Positions 1 to 9,283 of a DNA stretch of 64,000 nt are shown one piece after another (position 1 is the stretch's first letter; each line of letters opens with the position of its first letter). The stretch comes from an uncultured bacterium. Lineage in GTDB: Bacteria; Patescibacteriota; JACMRA01. The notes under the pieces were generated by a model, which saw only the letters and a program-made list of their open reading frames with translations, made no database searches and had not been told where the DNA came from. Where the stretch lies: positions 544,001-608,000 of the forward strand of contig OY969926.1 in the NCBI GenBank assembly GCA_963704645.1, given 5' to 3'. Both the position numbers and the translations under genes were made by a program.

Positions 1-215
1 TCTATCGAAACAACCTGAATGTCTAAGCCTTCATTGGTTGATATTAGGTTAATTGCCGCTTCCTTTGTAACTGCCTTATCTTGCCAGGTAAGTTCATTTA
101 AATAGTATTCAAAAAAAACTAAAAATTGGGTGATATCTATTTTGTATTCACGAATTTCTTGGTCTAATTCAATTGACCTAGTCCAAATTGGATATTCAAA
201 ATAATTATCGCTCAT
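1..215 (-). CDS. hypothetical protein, N-terminal part (runs off window start)
   Basis: Manual translation from ATG at 215: MSDNYFEYPIWTRSIELDQEIREYKIDITQFLVFFEYYL..., open to position 1; starts 12 bp after the stop of 227..1081. Confidence 0.6.
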   Translation of the reverse strand, partial: MSDNYFEYPIWTRSIELDQEIREYKIDITQFLVFFEYYLNELTWQDKAVTKEAAINLISTNEGLDIQVVSI

Positions 216-226
216 CTAATATTATT

Positions 227-1081
227 TTAGGGCAAAAATATAATATAGTAAAGAATTAAACAGGCTAGCATTACTACCGGAGTGAAAATAGTGACGTATT
301 TATATCTAGAATTTACTAATTTGGAAGAAATTAAATATTTCTGTGTATCTTGGTCTTCCTCCTTTTTGTCTCCAAACTTATCTACAATTTGCCAAGTATC
401 GTTTTTGTTACTACTTATAATTTTCTTAAGTAGTTCTGGTTGGTTAATCCAAACTAGGTTAGGGTACTTTCTTAGCCAAAAACCAATAATTTGAGTACAT
501 AAACTAATTCCTGCATAAATTAACACACCTCTTAACAAGCTATTTACCCAAAGTTTAGCCCAGCTTTCTTCTACAAAAATAGACATGAATACCAAACCAA
601 AAATTACCAAGGAAGAAATATTAATTAATTTATATAAACTATTGTATATTGTGTATAATTTAGTGTTGCTAAATTTTGTGGCTTCAATTACTTCTTCAGC
701 TAAATTTTGAACATTGTTACCAGTAGCAATATTTCTATACATTTCTTCTATACTTTTATAATCGCTTAATTTGGTTAAAACCAAAGTTTTTTTCTTTGGG
801 AAATTTTCGTAAATTAAAGTGTATTTCGGGTTTACAGCATCGGTAATTTCCATTCGAATTAGCTTGTTTTCTGAACTAATTTTGGTAAAATATTCTTTCC
901 AGTCTTCAGTCTTTTTAACTTTTAAAATATTTTTTTCCAGTTTTTTTCCAGAAAATTTAACGGTTACATATACATCTTCAGAAAATTTAGATTTTGCCAG
1001 CTTTGCCAGCTTTTCAGTATTTATAAAACCAAATTGTTTGGCCAATATGCTGCCCGAAGTTAGTAATGTTAAAATATTCAT
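227..1081 (-). CDS. hypothetical membrane protein
   Basis: 284 aa ORF with about three hydrophobic helices in the C-terminal half. Confidence 0.75.
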   Translation of the reverse strand: MNILTLLTSGSILAKQFGFINTEKLAKLAKSKFSEDVYVTVKFSGKKLEKNILKVKKTEDWKEYFTKISSENKLIRMEITDAVNPKYTLIYENFPKKKTLVLTKLSDYKSIEEMYRNIATGNNVQNLAEEVIEATKFSNTKLYTIYNSLYKLINISSLVIFGLVFMSIFVEESWAKLWVNSLLRGVLIYAGISLCTQIIGFWLRKYPNLVWINQPELLKKIISSNKNDTWQIVDKFGDKKEEDQDTQKYLISSKLVNSRYKYVTIFTPVVMLACLILYYIIFLP

Positions 1082-1103
1082 AAATGTAAGCTGAAATGTT
1101 AAA

Positions 1104-1442
1104 CTAAGCTAAAATTTTTGACCATTGTTTTTGTCCAACTTCAATGGCCTTTTGGTATTTTTGGGCTTCTGTAATTAATGTGGAAACAATTGTTTCTTTA
1201 TTTTCTTCTATTTCTGGATAAACACCACTGTAAATATTAACAACAGATTGAACCAGTTCTTCAAAATATGCTGGCTGACTTATATCTATTTTTAGTTTTA
1301 AACTTGCTGAAAGTGATCTTCTAATAAGCCTTCTTAATACGTAACCACGCTGTTTACCACTTGGTAGAACACCATCGGCAATAATAAAACAACTAGTTCT
1401 AATGTGATCAGCTATAATATCTTGAGGTAAAATGTTGGTCAT
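1104..1442 (-). CDS. alaS: stand-alone alanyl-tRNA synthetase fragment (helical tRNA-recognition region)
   Basis: IIADHIRTSCFIIADGVLPSGKQRGYVLRRLIRR is the AlaRS signature; only about 112 aa from ATG 1442. Confidence 0.8.
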   Translation of the reverse strand: MTNILPQDIIADHIRTSCFIIADGVLPSGKQRGYVLRRLIRRSLSASLKLKIDISQPAYFEELVQSVVNIYSGVYPEIEENKETIVSTLITEAQKYQKAIEVGQKQWSKILA

Positions 1443-1735
1443 ACTGCTTATATTAGGCAAGAATTATTTAGCAAATTTAAAAAACTTCTTAACCATTCTT
1501 CTTATTTTTGAATATAAAGATTGGTTTTTTCTGAAATTGTTATAGATTTTTTTAAACATAGAATGAAATTGGTTGGCCTAATAACTTTGGTCAAGTTAAT
1601 TCACCTTTGAAATTTAAATTATTTTTTTGGAACCTGACCATCACTCCCTCTTACTATTGGTGTAAGAGAAAGCTTTGCAATCTCTTTGAGTGAATGCTAG
1701 ACCAATTAAGAACTAACGGTTATAATAAGGTTATC

Positions 1736-2764
1736 ATGCAAATTAGTTATCAGTCGTTTCACGGAGATTTGTACAAGGCAATTAACCAAAAAGTGGAAGC
1801 TTATTTTGTGGAAAATAAATTACAGAAAACGGGAAATTCAAAGTTGCATTATTTTACTTTAACGGTTTTTATTTTAGTTTTGTGTAGCTACTTTAGTTGG
1901 CTATTTCTAGGAAGCAACATTTGGTTTAATGTACTATTTGCTTTTTTTCTAGGAATTTTTGTAGCAATTTTAGGCTCTATAAGTCATGAAGCAACTCATA
2001 GAGCCTTTAGTAAAAAAAGTTGGCAGAACAGTCTGTTGCTTTTATTCAGTGATTTAATTGGAAAAAGTTCAGATAAATATCAACAAGTTCATGCTTTCCA
2101 CCACACACTTACAAATATAGATGGCCAAGATCCGGACATTGGTTTGGAGCCAATTTTAAGGTTGAGCCCTTTGCAGTTAAAAAAACCTTGGCATAGGTAT
2201 CAACATATTTACGCTTTGTTAATTTATAGTTTAGCAGCTTTTTATACAGTTTTTAGCCTCCATACTTTTAACAAATATTTTAGTGGCCATCCTTTTAAAG
2301 CCAAATTAATTTATTGGCTGGGGAAAGTTAGCCATATTTTAATATTTATTGCCGTTCCCACTTTAATTCTTGGCTTTTACAATGCTTTGCTGGGATACAT
2401 AATTTTTATGGTTGTAGCCGGGCTTTATATTTCTTTCATAATTCAACCTTCTCATTTATTTGATGGAAGTGAATTTGTTACGCCTAACTCTGATAATAAA
2501 ATTAATGAAGAATGGACCGAACACATGATTAAGGTTACATCAAACTATTCAAACGGAAATCAATTATTAAGTTTTTTGTACGCGGGAATGGATTACCATA
2601 TTGTGCATCAAGTTTATCCACATATTAGTATGGTCCATTTTCCTCCTCTAAATAAAATTATTAAGCGGGTAGTTGTGGAGCAGGGTTTAAGTTACAAAGA
2701 ATTTCCAAACTTGTATATTGCTTTGAGCAACCATTTTATTCACCTCTATAATTTAGGTAGATAA
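1736..2764 (+). CDS. membrane fatty acid (acyl-CoA) desaturase family protein
   Basis: His boxes HEATH, HAFHH (followed by TNIDGQDPDI) and HIVHQ; TM helices; TATAAT at 1721-1726 favours ATG 1736. Confidence 0.85.
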   Translation: MQISYQSFHGDLYKAINQKVEAYFVENKLQKTGNSKLHYFTLTVFILVLCSYFSWLFLGSNIWFNVLFAFFLGIFVAILGSISHEATHRAFSKKSWQNSLLLLFSDLIGKSSDKYQQVHAFHHTLTNIDGQDPDIGLEPILRLSPLQLKKPWHRYQHIYALLIYSLAAFYTVFSLHTFNKYFSGHPFKAKLIYWLGKVSHILIFIAVPTLILGFYNALLGYIIFMVVAGLYISFIIQPSHLFDGSEFVTPNSDNKINEEWTEHMIKVTSNYSNGNQLLSFLYAGMDYHIVHQVYPHISMVHFPPLNKIIKRVVVEQGLSYKEFPNLYIALSNHFIHLYNLGR

Positions 2765-2877
2765 AGATATAATTATATTTTAACAATATCTAAACTCATT
2801 CCAATAGCTATAGGGCAAAAAGAAGTTTATAATTACTTATTGTAATGCCAAACAGATACTCAAAGTAGTTTTAAAGC

Positions 2878-3141
2878 TTAATCTAGCTTAAAAATAATGT
2901 TTAAAGCCTCATCTAATTCGGTAAGTGAATATTTATCTAGCTGACTTAACACCCCTTTGGAAATTATATCTTTACAAATTTTGCTAACCCCTCCCTTTGC
3001 GGCTAAAAGTTGAGTAAATGTTTGACCTTTTACTTGGTTGTTCTCAATAACCATAGATACAGACTGTAACTGTCCAACAATTTTTTTGATAGATATTGTT
3101 ATATCTTTTATATCTTTTTGGGATAGTTGTATTTCAGGCAT
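2878..3141 (-). CDS. CsoR/RcnR/FrmR-family transcriptional repressor
   Basis: 87 aa; KKIVGQLQSV...TQLLAAKGG matches the family pattern RIxGQxxGI...QxxAxxGAL; divergent from the fasciclin/dipZ genes. Confidence 0.7.
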   Translation of the reverse strand: MPEIQLSQKDIKDITISIKKIVGQLQSVSMVIENNQVKGQTFTQLLAAKGGVSKICKDIISKGVLSQLDKYSLTELDEALNIIFKLD

Positions 3142-3262
3142 ATTGTGTTTGTTTTTTGGAAGAAATTAATTTATTATTATAATATTAGTGCATAAATATT
3201 TGTAATTGTCAAAAAAATATAACTAAATATCCCTTTAAAGTAAGGATTGTGGCTATGCCTAT

Positions 3263-3279
3263 ACCCCTAGGGGTTGACA
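3263..3279. promoter_or_regulatory. palindromic operator candidate overlapping a -35 box
   Basis: Perfect 12-bp palindrome ACCCCTAGGGGT (3263-3274) overlapping TTGACA (3274-3279); C/G-tract palindromes are typical of CsoR-family operators. Confidence 0.55.
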
Positions 3280-3325
3280 AGAGCATAAAAATGTTTTAAC
3301 CCCAAATGGAATAAAGTTTTATTCT

Positions 3326-4414
3326 ATGTCATCCGATAACAACAACTCTAAAAACAATTCAATAGTTATTGCACTTGGTGTAATTGCTGTTGTAGCCATT
3401 GCTGGCACAGCCATTTATTTTGGCACAATGAAAAAAGATGATAACAAAGACAATAAAATGTCTAGTGACACATCCATGACCAAAGATGAAAAGACAGTAT
3501 CTGTTGGTGGAGCTGCAATGTTTGCTAACAAGGATATTATTTCCAACGTAGTAAACGCTCCTAATTTAACAACTCTAGTTGCCGCTGTTAAAGCTGCTGA
3601 CTTAGTTGCTACATTACAAGGACCAGGACCTTTCACAGTATTCGGACCAGATAACGCTGCTTTTGCAAAATTACCTGCTGGAACTGTAGAAACTCTTGTT
3701 AAACCAGAAAACAAAGCTACTTTAACTAACATTTTAACTTATCACGTAGTAGCTGGAAAGTTACTAAGTACCGATCTAAAAGATGGTCAAAAGTTAAAGA
3801 CTGTTCAAGGACAAGAATTAACAATTAAAAAGAGTGGTAATTCCGTAATGATTATGGATAACTCTGGAAACACTTCAAACGTAACTACTGCTGATGTTTT
3901 ACAAAGCAACGGTGTAGCTCACGTTATTGACACTGTCTTAATTCCAGCTGCCGAAACTAAAGTAGGTGGAGCTGCAATGTTTGCTAACAAGGATATTATT
4001 TCCAACGTAGTAAACGCTCCTAATTTAACAACTCTAGTTGCCGCTGTTAAAGCTGCTGACTTAGTTGCTACATTACAAGGACCAGGACCTTTCACAGTAT
4101 TCGGACCAGATAACGCTGCTTTTGCAAAATTACCTGCTGGAACTGTAGAAACTCTTGTTAAACCAGAAAACAAAGCTACTTTAACAAAAATCTTAACTTA
4201 TCATGCTGTTTCAGGAAAATTCCTAGCTGCAGATTTGAAAGATGGTCAAAAGTTAAAGACTGTTCAAGGACAAGAATTAACAGTTAGAAAAACTGCTAGC
4301 TCAACTCAACTTATTGATGCTTCAGGATTTACTTCCACAATAATCACTGCTGATGTTTTACAAAGCAACGGTGTAGCTCACGTTATTGACACTGTCTTAA
4401 CTCCAAAAGCTTAA
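3326..4414 (+). CDS. membrane-anchored protein with two fasciclin (FAS1) domains
   Basis: N-terminal TM; two copies of TLVAAVKAA...GPFTVFGPDNAAF...ILTYH...SNGVAHVIDTVL. Confidence 0.93.
   Translation: MSSDNNNSKNNSIVIALGVIAVVAIAGTAIYFGTMKKDDNKDNKMSSDTSMTKDEKTVSVGGAAMFANKDIISNVVNAPNLTTLVAAVKAADLVATLQGPGPFTVFGPDNAAFAKLPAGTVETLVKPENKATLTNILTYHVVAGKLLSTDLKDGQKLKTVQGQELTIKKSGNSVMIMDNSGNTSNVTTADVLQSNGVAHVIDTVLIPAAETKVGGAAMFANKDIISNVVNAPNLTTLVAAVKAADLVATLQGPGPFTVFGPDNAAFAKLPAGTVETLVKPENKATLTKILTYHAVSGKFLAADLKDGQKLKTVQGQELTVRKTASSTQLIDASGFTSTIITADVLQSNGVAHVIDTVLTPKA
3506..4185 (+). repeat. intragenic direct repeat, 3506-3726 identical to 3965-4185
   Basis: 221-bp identical block at offset 459; shorter identical blocks follow downstream. 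Confidence 0.9.
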
Positions 4415-4439
4415 TCTAACAAATATATAAACTAAAACC

Positions 4440-4457
4440 GGGCGGCTTAGGTCGCCC
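4440..4457 (+). terminator. intercistronic hairpin
   Basis: GGGCGGC-TTAG-GTCGCCC between the fasciclin gene and dipZ; no immediate U-tract. Confidence 0.45.
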
Positions 4458-4479
4458 ATTCCTATTCAAATTTTTTTCT

Positions 4480-6165
4480 ATGTCATTATTATTAGTATCA
4501 TTCTTTGCTGGAATACTTACTGTTCTTGCTCCATGTGTTCTGCCACTTTTACCGGTAATTCTTGGGGGAACAGCTTCCAACAAAAACAAATGGTACCCTT
4601 ACATTGTTATTGCTTCTTTAGGCGTATCAATATTTCTTTTCACGCTTTTACTAAAAGCTACATCACTTCTTATTAATATTCCACCAGAATTTTGGACTTC
4701 GGTTTCTGGTATTATTTTAGTATTCTTTGGTTTTATTACTTTATTTCCAAGAACATGGGATGCTTTTAATGTTAAACTTGGTTTAAGCCAAAACTCTGAT
4801 AAATTATTGGAGCAGGCTAGCGAAGTAAAAAGTGGTATTTGGCAGCCCGTTCTTCTTGGCGCTGCTTTAGGGCCAGTGTTTAGTAGTTGCAGTTTTACTT
4901 ATGCTTTACTTTTAGCTACAGTTTTACCGGCAGACTTTTGGTGGGGCGTTACTAATATGTTAGTTTACATTGCTGGTTTAACATTAATTCTATTATTAAT
5001 TTCTGTATTAGGGTCTAGATTAATTAAAAAACTTAAATTTGCTTCCAATCCAGACGGAATTTTTAAACGCGGTTTAGGACTTTTGTTCTTAATTGTTGGA
5101 GTATTAATTATTACTGGTTACGATAAAAAGTTCCAAGTTTTTGTAGCTGATACAACCAAATTTGATATTACAAATATTGAAAAAAGTGTTCTCCAACAAA
5201 ATAATATAACTAAAGACAATTCCGTAAGCTTAGATTCTAAAGGTGTTAAAGCTGAAGAATTTGTAGGATTACAGAACTGGATTAACAGCTCTCCAACAAC
5301 ACTTGCTTCTTTGAAAGGAAAAGTTGTTTTGGTAGATTTTTGGACTTACAGTTGCATTAATTGTATTCGAACCCAGCCATATTTAAACACCTGGTACGAT
5401 ACTTATAAAGACAAAAACTTTGTAATTATTGGAATTCATACTCCAGAGTTTTCTTTCGAAAAGAAATTAGAAAATTTGGAAAAAGCAGTTAAAGAAGCAA
5501 AAATTCAATATCCTGTTGCATCAGACAATGACTATGATACTTGGAATACTTACAAAAATAGCTTCTGGCCTGCTAAATATTTAATAGATAAAGAAGGGCA
5601 AATTAGATATACTCACTTCGGTGAAGGTGCATATGAAGAAACTGAAAAAGCTATTCAAACACTTATTGCTGAAACCGGAACCAAAGTTGATGGTGAGTTA
5701 AAATCTAGTAAAATTGGTTCTGAAGACAACAAAATGGCTTTAACCCCAGAAACATATCTTGGTTGGTCTCGATCTACTGCAAATTTCCTAAACATAAAAA
5801 ATATAGAATACAATGTACCATCTAATTATATTTTGAACACAGATTTGAAAACTGATAATTGGAGTCTTGGTGGGAACTGGCAAATTAACAATGAAAACAT
5901 AATTGCCAAGCAATCTGGTAACAAACTTAGAATTAGTTACAAAGCTAAAGATGTATTTTTAGTTATGGGTAATACTAGTGGTGGAAAAGTTAAAATTGCT
6001 GTTGATGGTAATAGTAAACTAGGAAGTGATGTTTCTAATAACGAAATAAACGTTACAGATTACAGATTATACAAGCTTGTTCAAAATAATGAATATAATT
6101 CAAACGGCTTTATAGAATTAGAATTTCCAGAAGGTGTTGAAGCAAACGCATTTACATTTGGATAA
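4480..6165 (+). CDS. dipZ: DipZ (CcdA/DsbD TM domain + thioredoxin + C-terminal domain)
   Basis: AGILTVLAPCVLPLLP; DFWTYSCINC; GIHTPEF; HFGEGAY; TPETYLG; C-terminal AFTFG. Confidence 0.92.
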   Translation: MSLLLVSFFAGILTVLAPCVLPLLPVILGGTASNKNKWYPYIVIASLGVSIFLFTLLLKATSLLINIPPEFWTSVSGIILVFFGFITLFPRTWDAFNVKLGLSQNSDKLLEQASEVKSGIWQPVLLGAALGPVFSSCSFTYALLLATVLPADFWWGVTNMLVYIAGLTLILLLISVLGSRLIKKLKFASNPDGIFKRGLGLLFLIVGVLIITGYDKKFQVFVADTTKFDITNIEKSVLQQNNITKDNSVSLDSKGVKAEEFVGLQNWINSSPTTLASLKGKVVLVDFWTYSCINCIRTQPYLNTWYDTYKDKNFVIIGIHTPEFSFEKKLENLEKAVKEAKIQYPVASDNDYDTWNTYKNSFWPAKYLIDKEGQIRYTHFGEGAYEETEKAIQTLIAETGTKVDGELKSSKIGSEDNKMALTPETYLGWSRSTANFLNIKNIEYNVPSNYILNTDLKTDNWSLGGNWQINNENIIAKQSGNKLRISYKAKDVFLVMGNTSGGKVKIAVDGNSKLGSDVSNNEINVTDYRLYKLVQNNEYNSNGFIELEFPEGVEANAFTFG

Positions 6166-6205
6166 AACCTGGTTGAGCTAACCTTATAATTCAGATTTTA
6201 CCATG

Positions 6206-6237
6206 GCCTCTCTTTTATTTGGAGAGGCTTAGTTTTT
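6206..6237 (+). terminator. intrinsic terminator after dipZ
   Basis: GCCTCTC...GAGAGGC hairpin followed by TTAGTTTTT. Confidence 0.55.
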
Positions 6238-6452
6238 GCTTAAACATTGGCTGGAAAATTGTTATCAGTAATCTTGCTAAATCTAAAAATTGCCCTCAAT
6301 AATGATGTTGGAAATTCATAGAATTTGATGGGGTGTTTTCTTAGGAAATACATTTTCACGACAAGCCCAGTATATTGCCACTGTTTTTTTAATAGAATTA
6401 TCTCCAGAACCCCAATTGACATATTAGCCTATTTTCAATTACATTCATACTA

Positions 6453-7349
6453 ATGTTTCAAAAAGCTATATTGGAAGGATTTAAAAATTTAGTTAGGTCG
6501 TTTTGGCTTTCTGCTACTGCAGTTGCAGTGCTTACAGTTAGCTTAGCTTCTTTTGCTTTGGCTGCTAGTGTTTCTACAATTGCTGGTTTTACTTTAAGGC
6601 AATTAGATAACCAAATTTCTATTTTAGTATATTTTAAAGACGATGTAGATGCTAGTGTAATTCAAAAATTTCAAGATGAAGTAAAAGCTAGACCTGAAGT
6701 AAAGCAAATAAGTTTTACAAATAGGGAAGAAGCTAAGAAAAAATTAAGTGAAAGCAATAGAGTTTCTAGTAGTTTAGTTGAAACTCTAAAAACTTCAAAT
6801 GTGAATCTGGTGTTGGAATACGTAAGTGTTGTTCCAAAAAATTCTGATAGTTATAATAGTTTAGAAAACTTTATTAAAGAACCAAAATTTTCAAGTATAA
6901 TTGACGAAGTAAAAGGGAGTAGGGATATAATATCTAATTTACAAAGTGTATACTACTGGACTAATTTAGTTGGAGCTATAACTGTAATTATTTTTGGTTT
7001 AGTTTCCATTTTGGTTATGGTAAATATATTAAGAATAGCCATTTATAATCATAGAAGTGAGATTGAAGTTATGAGACTGGTTGGAGCAACAAATAACTAC
7101 ATTAGAGGGCCTTTTATTGCGGAAGGTGCAATGTTTAACATCATTGCTGCACTAATTGTTTTAGTGCTATTTGTGCCTACTTTAAATATTATCGTACCTT
7201 ATTTAACAAGCGTATTTAATGTTGATATAGCATTGTCTTCTGAATTACTATTACAAGTCTATCTAAGCTTAGCTTTAACTATAAGTTTAGGGGTTGTAGT
7301 TGGTATTGTAACATCATACTTAGCAACCCAAAAATACTTACAACAATAA
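6453..7349 (+). CDS. ftsX: cell division permease FtsX
   Basis: NILRIAIYNHRSEIEVMRLVGATNNYIRGPFIAEG motif; 4-TM topology. Confidence 0.92.
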   Translation: MFQKAILEGFKNLVRSFWLSATAVAVLTVSLASFALAASVSTIAGFTLRQLDNQISILVYFKDDVDASVIQKFQDEVKARPEVKQISFTNREEAKKKLSESNRVSSSLVETLKTSNVNLVLEYVSVVPKNSDSYNSLENFIKEPKFSSIIDEVKGSRDIISNLQSVYYWTNLVGAITVIIFGLVSILVMVNILRIAIYNHRSEIEVMRLVGATNNYIRGPFIAEGAMFNIIAALIVLVLFVPTLNIIVPYLTSVFNVDIALSSELLLQVYLSLALTISLGVVVGIVTSYLATQKYLQQ

Positions 7350-7486
7350 GATAGATTTGTTTGCATTTAATTTGTACACCTCTCAATTAAGTAAGTATAA
7401 AACTTCTTAAGGTTAATTTTTAGCCGGAACGAGATATTCTATAAAATTGCCTTGCTGGTTTTGCAAGGCTTAAGTCTATATTTCAT

Positions 7487-7798
7487 TCAATTAAATTGTT
7501 CTGGATGTGCGGTAATTGTGTAGCCATACTTGTCAATTATGTATTCGGCACGATTCAAGGTGATTCCTATTAAGGATTTCCAATGTGAGACTTCTTCTGA
7601 TAACATTATGGTTATCTTCAGCAAACAACTTGATATTTCTACATTGGAAAAACAAGGTCCGCGATGCCTAGTTATTCGAACATCTTTAAGATCTTGAACC
7701 AATATTAAGTCTTCTGTAGTAATAAGTTGGTGAAAGTAAATAACAAAATACTTTCCTCCCCCTTCTTCATAAAATCTAATCTCACAACTATTCCCCAT
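7487..7798 (-). CDS. hypothetical protein
   Basis: 103 aa ORF with ATG; a hairpin at 7449-7469 separates it from convergent ftsX. Confidence 0.5.
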   Translation of the reverse strand: MGNSCEIRFYEEGGGKYFVIYFHQLITTEDLILVQDLKDVRITRHRGPCFSNVEISSCLLKITIMLSEEVSHWKSLIGITLNRAEYIIDKYGYTITAHPEQFN

Positions 7799-7971
7799 TT
7801 AAATTTGTCTCTGAAATAAGTTCAAATTATAATTAAGAATAAATTAAATAAAGACAAGTAAAAAATAAACAGTAATTAACTAGGTAATTAATCCCATAAC
7901 AGCACGTCTCAACTTAAGAGCCTTCATTTCGTAAGACAGCTTTACTTGTTATGAAGTATACTCACCATTAA

Positions 7972-8448
7972 CTAAACCTGAATTCCTACAAAAACAATAA
8001 GTAAAGAAATTACTAAACCAAAAATAGAAAAAGATTCAATTAAAGAAGCTAAAACAATAGCTTGAGAAAAGTTTTCTGGTTTAGATGCTAAAATTTTAAT
8101 ACCAGCAGCCCCAGCAAAACCTTGCGTTATACCAGAGAATAGTGCAGCAAAAGCAACTGGCAAGGAAGACAGTAAAAATGCCAAGCCTATTTCGTTACTG
8201 AATACCAACGGAGTTCCTCCTAGTAAGCCAATTCTAATAAGTACAATAAAACCAAAAAGTAAGCCGTACAAAGCCTGAGTTGATGGCAGTGCACATAATG
8301 CTAAAACTTGTGGAAATCTCGATGGTTCTTTAGCAAGTAATCCTGCTCCTGTGGTGGCAACACTGCTTACTCCAAAACAAGATCCAATAGCTCCGAAAAC
8401 CGAGGCTATAGCCACTCCGATAATTGCAAAAATTGTGGCTGTTGTCAT
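7972..8448 (-). CDS. ntpK: V/A-type ATP synthase subunit K (proteolipid)
   Basis: 158 aa, 4 TM; LPSTQALYG, SGITQG and LIES. Confidence 0.92.
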   Translation of the reverse strand: MTTATIFAIIGVAIASVFGAIGSCFGVSSVATTGAGLLAKEPSRFPQVLALCALPSTQALYGLLFGFIVLIRIGLLGGTPLVFSNEIGLAFLLSSLPVAFAALFSGITQGFAGAAGIKILASKPENFSQAIVLASLIESFSIFGLVISLLIVFVGIQV

Positions 8449-8450
8449 AC

Positions 8451-9263
8451 TTAGATAATTTTAAAGTATGGCTGCTGGTTTATCTTGTCAAGCAAGTTAA
8501 GCCTTGGTTCAGTGAAACCACTTACCAGTATTTTTCGCCTATACTCAGAACTTAGCTTTAGTAAAAAGTTTGCTATTTCTTCGGTTAAAGTTGCTCTGTC
8601 TAGTTCTTTATTGGTGTTGCTTGCAATAGGGCAAATTATTAGGGGATTTTCTTCTGTAATTAATTCACCAAAACCGTGTTCGTTGTTTAGTATCATTTTG
8701 ACACATATTTTAAGTTCTTCTAAGGCTTCTTTTTTATCTGATAAACCACGACTAACTTCAAAACCTGGAGGGAAACAATCGGCTAAAATGTAATTAAAAT
8801 GGTTTGTTGCGTCGTAGTAAATAATTCTGGCAATATGGAATTGCTCTGGTCTATTCATTTTTTCAGTTCCTAGGTGTTCCCATTTTAAACCTAGTTCTTC
8901 TGCTAAATTTTTAGCAAATTGAATGGCGTATTCATCACTTTTATTTTCGTCTAAATTGTATTTCTGAGCATAAAGTTTAGCCGCTCCACAGTTTTGATGA
9001 CTAATAATTTTTTTAATTTTTGCCTTCTTAATGCATCTTTTAAGTTTTTCTCTATCTTCCCATAAAATACCTGCCCCCGCCAAATGTTCCTGGCCGAATG
9101 TACCTTCGTCTATACAACACAAGCATCCATCATTGCACACAAAGGCCTTTTTAGAATTGTGCCTATTTTTAAGATAATCTACCATACCATTTTGGTATAT
9201 TTGTTTGTAAATCTGCTGTTGTTGATTCCAGTATTTCAATTTTATTTCGGCTGTTGCAGACAT
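8451..9263 (-). CDS. beta-carbonic-anhydrase-like zinc-binding protein
   Basis: CIDEG...AGAG...SHQNCGAA fits the CxD...HxxC zinc-ligand pattern. Confidence 0.5.
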   Translation of the reverse strand: MSATAEIKLKYWNQQQQIYKQIYQNGMVDYLKNRHNSKKAFVCNDGCLCCIDEGTFGQEHLAGAGILWEDREKLKRCIKKAKIKKIISHQNCGAAKLYAQKYNLDENKSDEYAIQFAKNLAEELGLKWEHLGTEKMNRPEQFHIARIIYYDATNHFNYILADCFPPGFEVSRGLSDKKEALEELKICVKMILNNEHGFGELITEENPLIICPIASNTNKELDRATLTEEIANFLLKLSSEYRRKILVSGFTEPRLNLLDKINQQPYFKII

Positions 9264-9283
9264 GTTTGTACTAAAATTTTGTA

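Noticed and set aside
6240-6422. 60 aa minus-strand ORF
   Set aside because: It overlaps the ftsX promoter and has no recognisable features.
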